Notes under the pieces: generated by a model | Databases searched by the model: none | Seen by the model: the letters and a program-made list of their open reading frames with translations, nothing else | Told to the model about the DNA's origin: nothing | Part shown: one piece after another, positions 1 to 9,562 of the stretch | Layout of the letters: every line of letters starts with the position of its first letter | How positions within the stretch are numbered: the first letter of the stretch is position 1 | Source: a virus | Lineage: Duplodnaviria; Caudoviricetes | DNA: 50,523 bases | Reading direction: 5' to 3' (one strand) | IMG/VR virus record: IMGVR_UViG_3300044515_000029 | Coordinates: 1-50,523 of that record | Made by a program: the position numbers and the translations under genes

Positions 1-50
1 GTGGACACTGTTCATCGTCGAGCAACGCTGCTGCTGTCAGTGTCTTCTTT

Positions 51-127
51 GCGCCCGTAGCTCAGTTGGATAGAGCGCCTGGCTACGAACCAGGAGGCCG
101 GGAGTTCGAATCTCTCCGGGCGCACCA
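51..127 (+). tRNA. tRNA-Arg (anticodon ACG)
   Basis: GCGCCCG acceptor stem, D-arm AGCTCAGTTGGATAGAGC, anticodon arm CCTGG-CTACGAA-CCAGG, T-loop GTTCGAAT, encoded CCA end. Confidence 0.97.
81..127 (+). repeat. attL core (3' part of tRNA-Arg)
   Basis: 47 bp GGCTACGAACCAGGAGGCCGGGAGTTCGAATCTCTCCGGGCGCACCA, identical to 48073..48119. Confidence 0.95.
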
Positions 128-142
128 CATTTCGCGTTTCGC

Positions 143-170
143 TGTGGGGAAAAACGATAAGTGTGGGGAA
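143..170. promoter_or_regulatory. Putative integrase arm-type sites
   Basis: TGTGGGGAA at 143..151 and 162..170; inverted TTCCCCAC at 48009..48016 near the other att site. Confidence 0.55.
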
Positions 171-173
171 TAA

Positions 174-1160
174 TCATGATGCGGGCTTCGCTTTTGTCGG
201 CTTGCGGCGATAGAAACGCTTGGTCGTTTCGGTCGATGCGTGACCCAGCCGGTCACGCGCTTCCTCAATGGTATCCGCCTCGTCAGCCGACACGCTGCGC
301 AGGTCGTGGAACGTGAACCATTGGCCTCCAGCTTTGGCGTGCTTGAGCATCAGCCGCCGCCAGTTCTGATAGAACCCGCTTCCCGAGTAGGGCTTGCCGT
401 TACCCTTGCGGATCAAATATTCTCGCGGGATCTGCGGCGACATAGCATCCGAGCGAGCAATCAGCGTCTCGACGGCCGGGCTCATTTCCATGATCAATTC
501 AGCTTCTGTCTTGCCCTGCTGAACGTAGATCCCATCCTTGCGGATATCCGAGCGCTTGAGCTTCAACAGGTCGGCGCGCCGCTGACCAATCATCACCGCC
601 CAGTCGATCGCGAGGCGCATCCGAGGATTCGCCAGTTTCTTGACCATCTCGACCTGCTCCATGGGTACGTACGGCCGCTTGCCAGCCTTCTCGGGAAGCT
701 CGATCCCAGTAACCGGATTGATGGACGCCGCACCCCATCGTTTCGCCTTTTTGTAGACGTGGCCCAGGAGCACGATCTCATGGCGGGCAGCGATCGGCAC
801 CGGCCGACCGTCCTTCGACTTTCTGGCATCCATGTAGGTGTATAGATTGACGGCGGTCACGCTGTCAGGCAGGAAATGGCCCAGTGCTATCTTGAGGCGA
901 TCGAGAGACCTTCCTTCCTCTTTGCGCGTTTTCTCGCTCTTCTTGAGCGCGAGCACTTCGATCCGGTACCGGTCGATCACATCTCCGAGCGTGCGCAGGC
1001 TCCACGTGTTTCCAATCAGCGCGCTGTATTTAGCGAGCGCCTCTCCCAAATCCCTACCCAGCGGAATCCGTGGTTTCTTGCCGTCTCGATAGTAATAGGC
1101 GCCGTGTTCGAGGTAGACCTTCGCCGGTAAGTGCCTGTCAGAGCGCCTATTTCTACCCAT
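174..1160 (-). CDS. int: Tyrosine recombinase (phage integrase)
   Basis: GQRRADL, FHDLR, LGH...TKRFY catalytic motifs; adjacent to att site. Confidence 0.95.
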   Translation of the reverse strand: MGRNRRSDRHLPAKVYLEHGAYYYRDGKKPRIPLGRDLGEALAKYSALIGNTWSLRTLGDVIDRYRIEVLALKKSEKTRKEEGRSLDRLKIALGHFLPDSVTAVNLYTYMDARKSKDGRPVPIAARHEIVLLGHVYKKAKRWGAASINPVTGIELPEKAGKRPYVPMEQVEMVKKLANPRMRLAIDWAVMIGQRRADLLKLKRSDIRKDGIYVQQGKTEAELIMEMSPAVETLIARSDAMSPQIPREYLIRKGNGKPYSGSGFYQNWRRLMLKHAKAGGQWFTFHDLRSVSADEADTIEEARDRLGHASTETTKRFYRRKPTKAKPAS

Positions 1161-1359
1161 TTATCCCCACCAAATTAACTTCTTGCGATCGCGCTGCCCG
1201 ACCGCCCACCATGTGCCGGTTGAACTCGGCAATGGCTACGACCGGCTTGTCGATGCCGCTTACAGTGAACTTCCAGCCGTGTTTTCGCAACCAGCGTATC
1301 TGCGCGGATGCTCGGGTGAAGCCGGTCACTTCAACAAGATCGGACGGCGATAGGATCAT
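1153..1359 (-). CDS. xis: Excisionase-like protein (DUF4224-type)
   Basis: MILSPSDLVEVTGFTRASAQIRWL...GIDKPVV; directly upstream of int; start trimmed to ATG 1359. Confidence 0.8.
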   Translation of the reverse strand: MILSPSDLVEVTGFTRASAQIRWLRKHGWKFTVSGIDKPVVAIAEFNRHMVGGRAARSQEVNLVGING

Positions 1360-1387
1360 ACGGCCGCCTTTTTGACGGTCACCAACT

Positions 1388-1552
1388 TCATGCCGTCTCC
1401 CGCTTGCTCGTGAGATGCCATTGACGACAGCCTGGGCATTTGTACGTTGTAAGCTCAATGCCGCGGGCACGGCCGCCGACCGCCGCCGCTTCCTTCGCGC
1501 GCTTCTGCGTGCTATAGGGACGCTTCAACGGCCTCGGGCATTCGCGGCTCAT
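1388..1552 (-). CDS. Small Zn-binding phage protein (54 aa, not in ORF track)
   Basis: MSRECPRPLKRPYSTQKRA...YKCPGCRQWHLTS; start overlaps stop of upstream gene. Confidence 0.7.
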   Translation of the reverse strand: MSRECPRPLKRPYSTQKRAKEAAAVGGRARGIELTTYKCPGCRQWHLTSKRETA

Positions 1553-1770
1553 GGCACGACCTCGACCGCATGAACGGCCGTCGTTTGCTCAATCGGGAAG
1601 CCCTCGAACGTGCGGGCGGCGCCTATCAACGAGAAAACGCGAAAGGCTTCCGGCTCTGACATTAGGTGTCTTAAAAATACCGGGTGCATTTTCAGGGCCA
1701 AAGGAAACCGCTGCTTTTCCCGGTAATGCTTGAATATCAAGCTTCGGGTGTAGTCGGCGCGCGGGCTCAT
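1549..1770 (-). CDS. Hypothetical phage protein
   Basis: ATGA-type overlaps with both neighbours. Confidence 0.55.
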   Translation of the reverse strand: MSPRADYTRSLIFKHYREKQRFPLALKMHPVFLRHLMSEPEAFRVFSLIGAARTFEGFPIEQTTAVHAVEVVP

Positions 1771-2093
1771 AGATCGCGCCTCGGGTACCGGCAGCGCCCC
1801 TCGGCGTAGTTCACGTCGTAGAGATCCTTGTGCCGCTGTCCGCGGACGTTCCAATTATCGACGGCGTTAAATTCGATCTCGGCTATTTCAGTAAACCAGC
1901 AGCAGATTCCCTCTGCCTCGGGACCATCGGCTCCGCACTCGTGACAGAACACCCACGCGCTGACAAAGACGCCATCGTCCGACGGCAGAGGCGCCGGCAT
2001 GTTGACCCATTCGACCCGCTTCTCATCGAGCCATTTTGCAATCAGCGAGGGCGGCCCGCCGCAAAAAGGGCAGGGAAGTAGGGTGACGCTCAC
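1767..2093 (-). CDS. Lar-family restriction alleviation-like protein
   Basis: LLPCPFCGG...VFCHECGADGP...AVDNWN motif; GTG start. Confidence 0.75.
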   Translation of the reverse strand: MSVTLLPCPFCGGPPSLIAKWLDEKRVEWVNMPAPLPSDDGVFVSAWVFCHECGADGPEAEGICCWFTEIAEIEFNAVDNWNVRGQRHKDLYDVNYAEGRCRYPRRDL

Positions 2094-2272
2094 TTCGCTA
2101 CCTCGAATTCGCGCCGCTCGCTGTATAGCTTGTTTCCGCCAGCATCGAAAAACGTGACGAGCGCATCCCAGTGAGGCGCGAGCCGAATGTCTGATATCTC
2201 CCAAGTCTTTGGCGTAGGCCAAGATCCTTCATGCTTGGAAGACAGTTGGACCAATTCTTCGCTGCCTCTCAC
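2090..2272 (-). CDS. Hypothetical phage protein
   Basis: Coupled overlaps in leftward operon. Confidence 0.5.
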   Translation of the reverse strand: MRGSEELVQLSSKHEGSWPTPKTWEISDIRLAPHWDALVTFFDAGGNKLYSERREFEVAK

Positions 2273-2541
2273 TTCGCGAACTCCACCACCGCACCAAACG
2301 GTAACTGCAACGCGTTAAAAGCTACGTCTGGCGGGAATTCGACCGTAACCCGCACTCGGTCACCCTTGCACTTGCGAACGGCGCAAATCGCTCCGCGTAA
2401 GCCTCCGTCGCCGTGCGCTGCAATCCGGCATTTAGGCGAGCAGAACTTTTGATGCGGCCGCCCGGGCGTGAATTCTTTCGAGCAGTGCGGGCAGACCGGC
2501 CGCGGCCCTAGAATTACTTTCAGATCTTGACTCAGGCTCAT
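2269..2541 (-). CDS. Zn-finger hypothetical protein
   Basis: CPHCSKEF...QKFCSPKC. Confidence 0.6.
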   Translation of the reverse strand: MSLSQDLKVILGPRPVCPHCSKEFTPGRPHQKFCSPKCRIAAHGDGGLRGAICAVRKCKGDRVRVTVEFPPDVAFNALQLPFGAVVEFAK

Positions 2542-2543
2542 CT

Positions 2544-2723
2544 CTAAAACCCCTCGAATTCTGTCAGCGCTTCTACTTCGTCTTGAGTCATCCAAACGTC
2601 CTCAATCTCGTACTCGGTTTCGCCATCGGCGGTCATGTCGGGAACGTCGCGCGGCTCGCAGATACACACCGGGCCTCGCGTGCCCTTGATTTTTACCCTG
2701 ACGTAGCGCTGTTTTTGCTGCAT
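2544..2723 (-). CDS. Hypothetical protein (59 aa, not in ORF track)
   Basis: MQQKQRYVRVKIKG...EYEIEDVWMTQDEVEALTEFEGF fills the operon gap. Confidence 0.55.
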   Translation of the reverse strand: MQQKQRYVRVKIKGTRGPVCICEPRDVPDMTADGETEYEIEDVWMTQDEVEALTEFEGF

Positions 2724-2749
2724 GTACGGCAGTTCGTTACGGACTGCGG

Positions 2750-2998
2750 TTATGGCTTGCGATCCGTTGCGGCATCAGACTGAGAGCAAGTGCAAGCCAC
2801 CAACCCGCCCCCGGTTTTTGTGACTTCACATTCGGGACCGTGGACGCGCCGACAGCTTTTGCACCACGCGGTTTTAGGCGTGCCGCGCGAGGCGGGAAAA
2901 TGCGCGTAGTGCCCGCAAACCAACTCGAAACAATTCGTAGCGCCGCCCCGATTGCGATGGGCTAGGTTAGGAAGCGCCCGCTTAACGGCGACTTTCAT
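2750..2998 (-). CDS. Cys-rich hypothetical protein
   Basis: LVCGH...WCKSC...HGPEC...CTCS. Confidence 0.5.
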   Translation of the reverse strand: MKVAVKRALPNLAHRNRGGATNCFELVCGHYAHFPASRGTPKTAWCKSCRRVHGPECEVTKTGGGLVACTCSQSDAATDRKP

Positions 2999-3222
2999 CA
3001 CGTGACAGTTCCTCCGCTGGCAGGAGAGGCGGCAACCGCAACCATGTGCACGTGATAAGGCGCTATTGCGCATTCAGGAAACGGGCACTTGAACGGCTTG
3101 GACCGCTCCGCATCCTCCAAGGCCAGTTGTATCAGACGCGACTGGACTATCTGCAAACACTCCCGCTCATTCGTAAGCAATTCGGTGAGCAGCGCTTCGA
3201 TGCGTTTAAGTCTTTTGAACAT
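2998..3222 (-). CDS. Hypothetical protein
   Basis: MFKRLKRIE coiled coil followed by CPFPEC..YHVH. Confidence 0.5.
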   Translation of the reverse strand: MFKRLKRIEALLTELLTNERECLQIVQSRLIQLALEDAERSKPFKCPFPECAIAPYHVHMVAVAASPASGGTVT

Positions 3223-3463
3223 CAACCTCTCCATCGACAGCAGCGCGATCTCGAGAGGCGCGAAAAACACGCTCCCGCCACTCGCGCGGGACAAGAACAA
3301 AACCAGCGTCCGCAATCTTCTTGGATGCCTCGGGGCCAAGCGCGGTAACTAGATCGTCATGGGTCATGATGATGCCGCCGCCGGCAAGTACCGACTCCAT
3401 GCCGCCATTGTCCCAAGCGGCGCGGTTCGCTTCGCGCTGCACGAATGGGTCGTTTTCGATCAT
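3206..3463 (-). CDS. Hypothetical protein
   Basis: GGAGA SD; AGFVLVPRE motif common in phage early proteins. Confidence 0.55.
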   Translation of the reverse strand: MIENDPFVQREANRAAWDNGGMESVLAGGGIIMTHDDLVTALGPEASKKIADAGFVLVPREWRERVFRASRDRAAVDGEVDVQKT

Positions 3464-3759
3464 TGCTTCTCTCCTGTTTCGGCTTTTCCATCGTTCGATG
3501 AACCTCTGCGGATTCTCTTCATGTGCTGCGCCAGTTCGCGCATCGTGACCGACACCGCGCCGGCCTCAATGGCAAGGGCCCGCTTCGATTGCGCGATGTC
3601 GTAATGCGGGAAGCTCGCGGGCGGGGACGCTTGTAACCATTTTCGAGCAATGCCGATTTTGCCGGCAATCGCGTGCAGCTCGGGCAGCGTGTCGGCGATC
3701 ATGTGACACATGAGCATCCGGCCGAACGGGTTGCGGGCCTGGTCGACGTAGACGCTCAT
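3460..3759 (-). CDS. DUF4031-family protein
   Basis: MSVYVD...MCHMIADT..ELHA.A.KIG...HYDI...RALAI. Confidence 0.8.
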   Translation of the reverse strand: MSVYVDQARNPFGRMLMCHMIADTLPELHAIAGKIGIARKWLQASPPASFPHYDIAQSKRALAIEAGAVSVTMRELAQHMKRIRRGSSNDGKAETGEKQ

Positions 3760-5390
3760 GCAACCTCCGCGGCCGCGATCCTGCCGGCGAAGTTCGCGCG
3801 CACCATGGCGCATGACATGACTCGGCAGACGCTGTTTCCGGCCATCCGCACCTGTGCCGTCTTTGATAGGTGCTTGCCGTTGATGATCGGGTCGATTTTG
3901 TAATCCGGAGGGAAGCTCTGCGCGTTGAACAGTTCGCGCGGGGTCAGCATCCGCATCCCGATATCGGCGATGTAGTATTTGTCGCCCATGACGGTTACCA
4001 GGCCAAATCGGTCTTTTGTCGTGACCGTCCCGAGCGGAATTTCTAGGCGAGGATTTTGGTCCGTCCCATAATACTTAAGCAGAAAGGCGTGGACTAAGGC
4101 GTGATGGTCAACAGAAGTTATGGTGCTCATGGGTTCGCTCGGATGCAGGCCCGGTCGTTGACCGTTGTCCCCGTAGTGCTTTGCGATGAATGCGGCGACC
4201 ACTCCGTGCTTGACGCCGCCGGCTACTGCGGTTCCGAGTGGCTTCTGCAGGTCAAGCGTGCGCGGCGCTTGGCCGTTCCGCTCGCCGTATCCGGTCTGAA
4301 TCAGCGTAGGCGCTATAAGGGCGAGCTCGCCGCGGTGGGCGCCCGTAATCGTCGGCAGCGGCTCAGCGGTAGAGTGCGCGCGGCGGTCTCCGTGATGGGT
4401 CAGCGGCGCAATGATTGGCGATACCAGGCAGAACTTTGGATCGGCGGTTTGCGTCGGCAGCGGGTCAGTCAACTGAGACGCACGCGACTCATTGCCCTTG
4501 AGCCCATGGAACGCCGATATGATCGGGGTTACTAGGGCGTGGTGTAAGCCTCCCGCGCTCACCGTGCTTAATGGTTCCTCGACCGGCTTCGCGCTGGCGT
4601 CAACGTGGGCCGTGTCCGTGCCGCGCATGGTGACAATGAACGGCTTGGGATTGTTGACCACGTAGCGCGTGATCCCTCGGGCGATCCGGCGCAACGTCGC
4701 ATCGGCCAGCGGCTTGCTGCGCTCGAATATGGACGGGCAGGGGATTGACCAGTCGATGCAGTCGGCCGCGGTCACGTAAGGTAGCAGCCCAGGTCCGTGC
4801 GTCTCCTCTGGCCATACGATCGGCCGGCCATCGCAGCGAGCGATGATGTATAGGCGTTTGCGAGTCGTGCCGGCGCCATACTTGGCAGCCACCAGCTCGC
4901 GCATGTCGAGTTCGTAGCCGAGGTTTTGGAGCATCTTGCACCAGCGACGAAAGGTGAAGCCCTTGCGGATATTGCAAGGCGTTCCGTCTTCGAGCAGCGG
5001 CCCCCATGTAGCGAACTCGCTGACGTTTTCGAGCATGATGATGCGAGGCCGCACGGCCTTTGCCCATTTAACGACGACCCAGGCCAGGCCGCGCACGCGC
5101 TTCGACACAGGCTTTCCGCCTTTCGCTCGAGAGAAGTGCTTGCAGTCGGGAGAGAACCATCCCAAGCCCACGGGACGGCCTTGCGTGACCTCCAGAGGAT
5201 CGGCCTCCCACGCGTCTTTGCAATAGTGCTTCGTGCGCGGATGATTCGCTGCGTGCATCGCAACCGCTTCGGGGTCGTGATTGAGCGCGATGTCGATCGG
5301 TCTACCGATCGCCTCTTCAATTCCGGTACTCGCACCGCCGCCGCCGGCAAAGTAGTCGATTACCAATTCGTTCGGATCTAAATCAATCAT
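3756..5390 (-). CDS. DNA (cytosine-5)-methyltransferase
   Basis: Motif I DYFAGGGG, catalytic SPDC, ENV, RKRLY, motif X AGNSV; variable region with PLxTxT repeats. Confidence 0.93.
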   Translation of the reverse strand: MIDLDPNELVIDYFAGGGGASTGIEEAIGRPIDIALNHDPEAVAMHAANHPRTKHYCKDAWEADPLEVTQGRPVGLGWFSPDCKHFSRAKGGKPVSKRVRGLAWVVVKWAKAVRPRIIMLENVSEFATWGPLLEDGTPCNIRKGFTFRRWCKMLQNLGYELDMRELVAAKYGAGTTRKRLYIIARCDGRPIVWPEETHGPGLLPYVTAADCIDWSIPCPSIFERSKPLADATLRRIARGITRYVVNNPKPFIVTMRGTDTAHVDASAKPVEEPLSTVSAGGLHHALVTPIISAFHGLKGNESRASQLTDPLPTQTADPKFCLVSPIIAPLTHHGDRRAHSTAEPLPTITGAHRGELALIAPTLIQTGYGERNGQAPRTLDLQKPLGTAVAGGVKHGVVAAFIAKHYGDNGQRPGLHPSEPMSTITSVDHHALVHAFLLKYYGTDQNPRLEIPLGTVTTKDRFGLVTVMGDKYYIADIGMRMLTPRELFNAQSFPPDYKIDPIINGKHLSKTAQVRMAGNSVCRVMSCAMVRANFAGRIAAAEVA

Positions 5391-5713
5391 GCTTCAATCT
5401 CCCGGCCCGATTTAGTGCGCAAGGTCACGTTGCGCAGTCGAAGCCTCAAATGAATTGTTTCGAGAACAGCCTCGGCGTGTGCCTGTCGAATCTGTTCTCG
5501 CGTCCAGCCTGGAAGGTCGGCGCGGCCGTCGACAACGTCATGGCAAGCGCTGCATCCGTTCGCCGTGAAAATGTCGTGCGGCTTGATGCTCGCGCCCGCG
5601 CCTAGCCTTTGGCTGCGGTAGTGCGCCCCGACGGTTGTCTCAATCTGAGAGTTGCAGCACGGTAGGCGAATCGTGCAGTGCGCGTTGCGCGCAAACTCGG
5701 TTAAGTAGCTCAT
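5387..5713 (-). CDS. DUF1364/YbcO-like nuclease
   Basis: AR..HCTIRLPCCN...ETTV.AH...CSACHDVVDGR. Confidence 0.8.
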   Translation of the reverse strand: MSYLTEFARNAHCTIRLPCCNSQIETTVGAHYRSQRLGAGASIKPHDIFTANGCSACHDVVDGRADLPGWTREQIRQAHAEAVLETIHLRLRLRNVTLRTKSGREIEA

Positions 5714-6162
5714 GCCGCTTTGTCCTGCTGTTCCTCGTCGGCCGCCTCGATATCGCGGCGATAGTTCTGATCGGGATCGGGAATGACGATCCCGTGTTCA
5801 GCCATGCGCCGCTGAATGAACGCGATGTATTCCATGAACTCGAACTTGCTCAGCTTCGAGCTGCGGCGCACGGGGCGCATGCGCTTCTTTCCAAAGCCCT
5901 CCATGATCTCCCATCCGAAATGCTCGCCCAGGCAGTAGTCGTGTATGTCGTCGGATTCCCATCCCTGCAGGTGCTTGGCGATCGTCGGGTAGACGACACC
6001 CCACAGATAGGCGTTCTGCGCGAGGCTCCGCGTTGACTTGTGCTGATGCACTTCAACGCGGAACCCCTCGACCATCGGCAAATCTTCGAGCGCGTCGACC
6101 ACCGCGCAGATCTGCTGATCGCGCGCTCGAAGTTTTGGAAGGATGAAAGTGTGGACGGGCAT
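5710..6162 (-). CDS. NinB-like recombination protein
   Basis: TRSLAQNAYLW...SSKLSKFEFMEYI...AEHGI.IPDP. Confidence 0.75.
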   Translation of the reverse strand: MPVHTFILPKLRARDQQICAVVDALEDLPMVEGFRVEVHQHKSTRSLAQNAYLWGVVYPTIAKHLQGWESDDIHDYCLGEHFGWEIMEGFGKKRMRPVRRSSKLSKFEFMEYIAFIQRRMAEHGIVIPDPDQNYRRDIEAADEEQQDKAA

Positions 6163-6199
6163 TTACTGGCTCACTTGAGGCATGTTTTTAAAGTGGTTG

Positions 6200-6640
6200 T
6201 CACGCACCCACCCGGTTAAAAGGAAAGTCGTCATCGAAGTCGATGCTGTCGGATTTCTGGCTGGGCGTACTCGCTGGCGCGTCTCCCCACTGCCGCGGCC
6301 TGTCGCTCTTGCCAGCCGGCGCCGAGTGCTCGCCGTTCCGCTTGCCGAGCAGTGTCACGCGCTGCACGTTGAGCGACAGCTCTGCGCCTGTTTCGCCGTC
6401 GCCATTTTTGTAGGTGCGCAGATCGACGTCGCCGGAGACGCTTACGGCCTGGCCCTTGTTCAGATACGGCGCGAGCTTTTCAGCGCGCTCGCCCCACAGC
6501 GCGCAGCCGACCCACAGGGTTTTTTTCTTGTCACCCCATCCGATCGTTACGCCGACGCTGAAATTTACGACATCGGTCCCGCCAGCGTTGCGAAGCTCCG
6601 CGTCCCGGCCCAGGTAGCCGGCAAATGTTCCTGTATTCAT
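6200..6640 (-). CDS. ssb: Single-stranded DNA-binding protein
   Basis: GYLGRDAELR OB-fold, acidic C-terminal DFDDDFPF. Confidence 0.92.
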   Translation of the reverse strand: MNTGTFAGYLGRDAELRNAGGTDVVNFSVGVTIGWGDKKKTLWVGCALWGERAEKLAPYLNKGQAVSVSGDVDLRTYKNGDGETGAELSLNVQRVTLLGKRNGEHSAPAGKSDRPRQWGDAPASTPSQKSDSIDFDDDFPFNRVGA

Positions 6641-7719
6641 GCTGCAACCTCGGTAGTTTTGAAAGACAAAAGCCAATAAAGAGCGGTCGAGCGGTCCACT
6701 AGGAAGTGATCCTCGATGGCGTCGATCATTTGTTCGGCGGGCGGCGGCGGCAGAGCCCTCACGCGCGGCTTGACGGTGACGGTTGCCGTGACAAGTTCCG
6801 CCGGCACGGCGGACGGAACCGGCTCAATCCTCGGCGCTTGCGCCTCGCGCAGCTTCGCCTGTTCGCGCTCCAGTTCCGCGCGTTGATCGGCCAGGCGCTT
6901 TTCCTCCGCGGCGTTCGCCTGGCGCTGTTCCTCGGCTATGCGGGCATTCTCCCGGCGCTCATCGGCGAGGCGCTTTTCTTCGGCCTCGCGCTTCGCCTTG
7001 TCGGCGGCCTCTTGTTTGCGCCGTTCCTCGGCGGCGACGCGCTCGCGCTCAGCCTGCTCGGCTTGGCGCTTCGCCAGTTCGGCGCGCTCAGTTGCGAGCC
7101 GGCGCTGTTCGGTCTCGTGGGCCACGGCAGCGCCATGAAGCCCACGAAGTCTCGTAAGGGCGTTGTCCCATACGGTAAACGCCTCCTGCTCGAACTCCTG
7201 AAAGCCGGCGTCCGGCCTGATGGCCTCAAGGTCGGTGATGTGTTCAGCAATCAGCTCGGACCCGCTGGCCGGCGTCAGCGTTTGACAGCCGCGCAATTCA
7301 TCGACGCGCTCCCGTAGGGCCTTTACGCGGTATATCTCGGCGTCAATGCGCGCCTGTTTCTCCGCTTCTTTGCGCGCTTCCTCGTTGGTTATCTGCAGGT
7401 GTATCGGCGCCTCGATCTTTTCGATGGCCTCAGTGATGCGCGCCGCAACCGCGTCGAGCTGCTTGCCGAGCGCGAGAATGGGCGCCTTTGCGGCCTTGCG
7501 GATGCGCTCGACCTCGTATCGCGGCTCGCGGATGAATGCGCGGGCTTCCTTCGCCATGTCCATGCCAGCGGTCGTTGTGACCTCGTAGACCACGCCGAGG
7601 TACCGCTCGCGCAGATCGGCGAGACCAGCCTCGATGCGGTTGATTGATTCGACGCCGGTTGTAACCCTGGATAGCTCCAGGGCCATCGCGTCCGGTGCCG
7701 CTGTCTTTTCCTCACTCAT
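6637..7719 (-). CDS. Coiled-coil phage protein
   Basis: Long E/R/A-rich helical region within recombination module. Confidence 0.7.
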   Translation of the reverse strand: MSEEKTAAPDAMALELSRVTTGVESINRIEAGLADLRERYLGVVYEVTTTAGMDMAKEARAFIREPRYEVERIRKAAKAPILALGKQLDAVAARITEAIEKIEAPIHLQITNEEARKEAEKQARIDAEIYRVKALRERVDELRGCQTLTPASGSELIAEHITDLEAIRPDAGFQEFEQEAFTVWDNALTRLRGLHGAAVAHETEQRRLATERAELAKRQAEQAERERVAAEERRKQEAADKAKREAEEKRLADERRENARIAEEQRQANAAEEKRLADQRAELEREQAKLREAQAPRIEPVPSAVPAELVTATVTVKPRVRALPPPPAEQMIDAIEDHFLVDRSTALYWLLSFKTTEVAA

Positions 7720-8358
7720 TTATGCCGCCCTCAATTTCTGAATTTCACCGACCTCGACCGAGACTTCGGCGAGGAACCGTTCGGCGTCGCGCTGATACGC
7801 GCTGATTTCTTCCTCTTTGCGCTCTAGGCGCACGCAAAGGAATTGCAGGTCAGTTGGGAAGCTCGGGTCGAAGCTGATGAAGTCGCACCAGCGCGCACCG
7901 CTCACCCACATGTTATGGATGCACTGCCAGCGGTAGTCATCCGGGATTTTGCGTGTACGCAGATACTCAAGATGCGTTGCGCTCTCGGGACACTTCGCCT
8001 CGATGATTCCCTCGAAGTCATTTATGTGCCCGTCAAGCGAGCAACCGACCATGACCGGGCCGCTGGACAGGAACCCAGTCCGCTCGACAATGCACCCCAT
8101 TCGCGCCTCGTACATGCCGAGCGCCATCGGCTCGCAGTCGATGCCCTGCTGCGTGACGCGCGTCGTAAATGCGCGCTCGTAGGGACGCTGCGTGACGCGC
8201 TCAAGCGCCAGGCCGATGCGCAAGTTGCGGCGCGCTGCGGCCTCGCCGGACTTAATCTTCGCCATCATGGCGGCGGCGCGTGAGCCAGTGAGACGGCCGA
8301 CGCGCGCCGCGCGCCATTCGTCGGAGCGCTGAGGGAAATCTATAACGGTAAAATTCAT
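7720..8358 (-). CDS. YqaJ/lambda-type exonuclease
   Basis: QRSDEWRAARVG.LTGS, CSLDG, IEAKCP, Q..HNMWVSG..WCDFISF. Confidence 0.9.
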   Translation of the reverse strand: MNFTVIDFPQRSDEWRAARVGRLTGSRAAAMMAKIKSGEAAARRNLRIGLALERVTQRPYERAFTTRVTQQGIDCEPMALGMYEARMGCIVERTGFLSSGPVMVGCSLDGHINDFEGIIEAKCPESATHLEYLRTRKIPDDYRWQCIHNMWVSGARWCDFISFDPSFPTDLQFLCVRLERKEEEISAYQRDAERFLAEVSVEVGEIQKLRAA

Positions 8359-9170
8359 GACTTCGCCCCCTTCTTGACCTTCGCCGCTTCAGCCTTGAGC
8401 GCGGTCCATTCCTCGTTGTAGTCGGCGACGATTCGGGCGCGCGTTGTTTCGGCGAGCTTCTGAAACGCTGCGGACAGTTCGGCGGTTCCCATCTCTGCCG
8501 CAACCTTCAACGCGTTGACGACGTCCTGCGCGAGCGCAGGCCGCTGATCGGCTTCGGGCGCGTCGTCGCCGGTCTTGCGGTCATCGGCGTCCGGTAGGTC
8601 CGTGGTGGACAAACCCGTCGCGCCCAGCAGCGTGTAGCGCTCCAGCAGCGTCTTTGTTGACGCAATCGCCTGTACCGGGCTCTTGCTACCCGACGTGTCC
8701 GGAGGCGCAACCATCGAGAACGATTCGGAATGGCCGAGCCGATGCGTGATGACGCATTCGACGCGCACCATCCCCTCGGGCTGAGTCGTCACCCATCGGT
8801 GCGAGAAGCCGTGCTGCGCGAGGCCAGCGATGATCTTGTACGTGACCTCGGCGTGCGTCGCGTGGTCGTATGCGGTGCTCTGCCCGGTGCGGCGAGAGTC
8901 GAAGCCGACGTGCTTGTTTTTGAAAATGACGGGCGGGGTTTTCTTGAATTCCGCCATGTCAGCAACGAAGGCTTTGCGCGCCTCGGTCGAATCCCATCGC
9001 TCTTTTACTTCGAGCAGTTGCATGAGCCGCACGGGATCAAAGTTCGGATCCGATGCGGCGCGGTCGATAATCGCCATCAGGGCACCGACGCTTGACATCG
9101 GCGGGCCGCCGTCGCCGCCCGCTGCGGCCGGCAGTTGAGAAACGGTTTCTGTTCTTACTATTGCGTTCAT
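8355..9170 (-). CDS. ERF-family single-strand annealing protein
   Basis: AFVADMAEFK, CVITHRLGHSE, QAIAST.T..ERYTL; paired with exonuclease. Confidence 0.85.
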   Translation of the reverse strand: MNAIVRTETVSQLPAAAGGDGGPPMSSVGALMAIIDRAASDPNFDPVRLMQLLEVKERWDSTEARKAFVADMAEFKKTPPVIFKNKHVGFDSRRTGQSTAYDHATHAEVTYKIIAGLAQHGFSHRWVTTQPEGMVRVECVITHRLGHSESFSMVAPPDTSGSKSPVQAIASTKTLLERYTLLGATGLSTTDLPDADDRKTGDDAPEADQRPALAQDVVNALKVAAEMGTAELSAAFQKLAETTRARIVADYNEEWTALKAEAAKVKKGAKS

Positions 9171-9197
9171 GATTTCCTCTTGGTTGATGCCGGACTA

Positions 9198-9383
9198 TCA
9201 GGCCTGTTTGCGACAGAGCGCGGGAACATCCGCGCTCAAATCAAATTCGGTTCGCTGCTGCGTGATCCGGTCTATTTCGTTTCGCTGCTCGACAACCAGG
9301 CGCCTAAGCCGGCGGTTCTCGCGGATCGAGTCGGCGAGCAGATCGCGCAGCAAGCGCGGGTTACGGGCGAGGGATGCGGTCAT
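9198..9383 (-). CDS. Hypothetical protein
   Basis: Coiled coil, C-terminal PALCRKQA motif. Confidence 0.6.
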   Translation of the reverse strand: MTASLARNPRLLRDLLADSIRENRRLRRLVVEQRNEIDRITQQRTEFDLSADVPALCRKQA

Positions 9384-9562
9384 TGCAGCTTCCCAGCGCG
9401 GTAGTAGGGGTCCGTGACCTGTCGGAAAAAAGGCGAATTCAATCGGCCTAGAATCCGTTCGCGGTCTCGCCTACGCGCTATGCGCGCACCGATAACGCAG
9501 ACCAGGATGCAAAACGAGATTGATGCGATCCCAAGCAATTCGAGCGCGTGCTGCCAGCTCAT
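9380..9562 (-). CDS. Small membrane protein
   Basis: Hydrophobic segment LLGIASISFCILVCVIGA; GGAGG SD. Confidence 0.55.
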   Translation of the reverse strand: MSWQHALELLGIASISFCILVCVIGARIARRRDRERILGRLNSPFFRQVTDPYYRAGKLQ

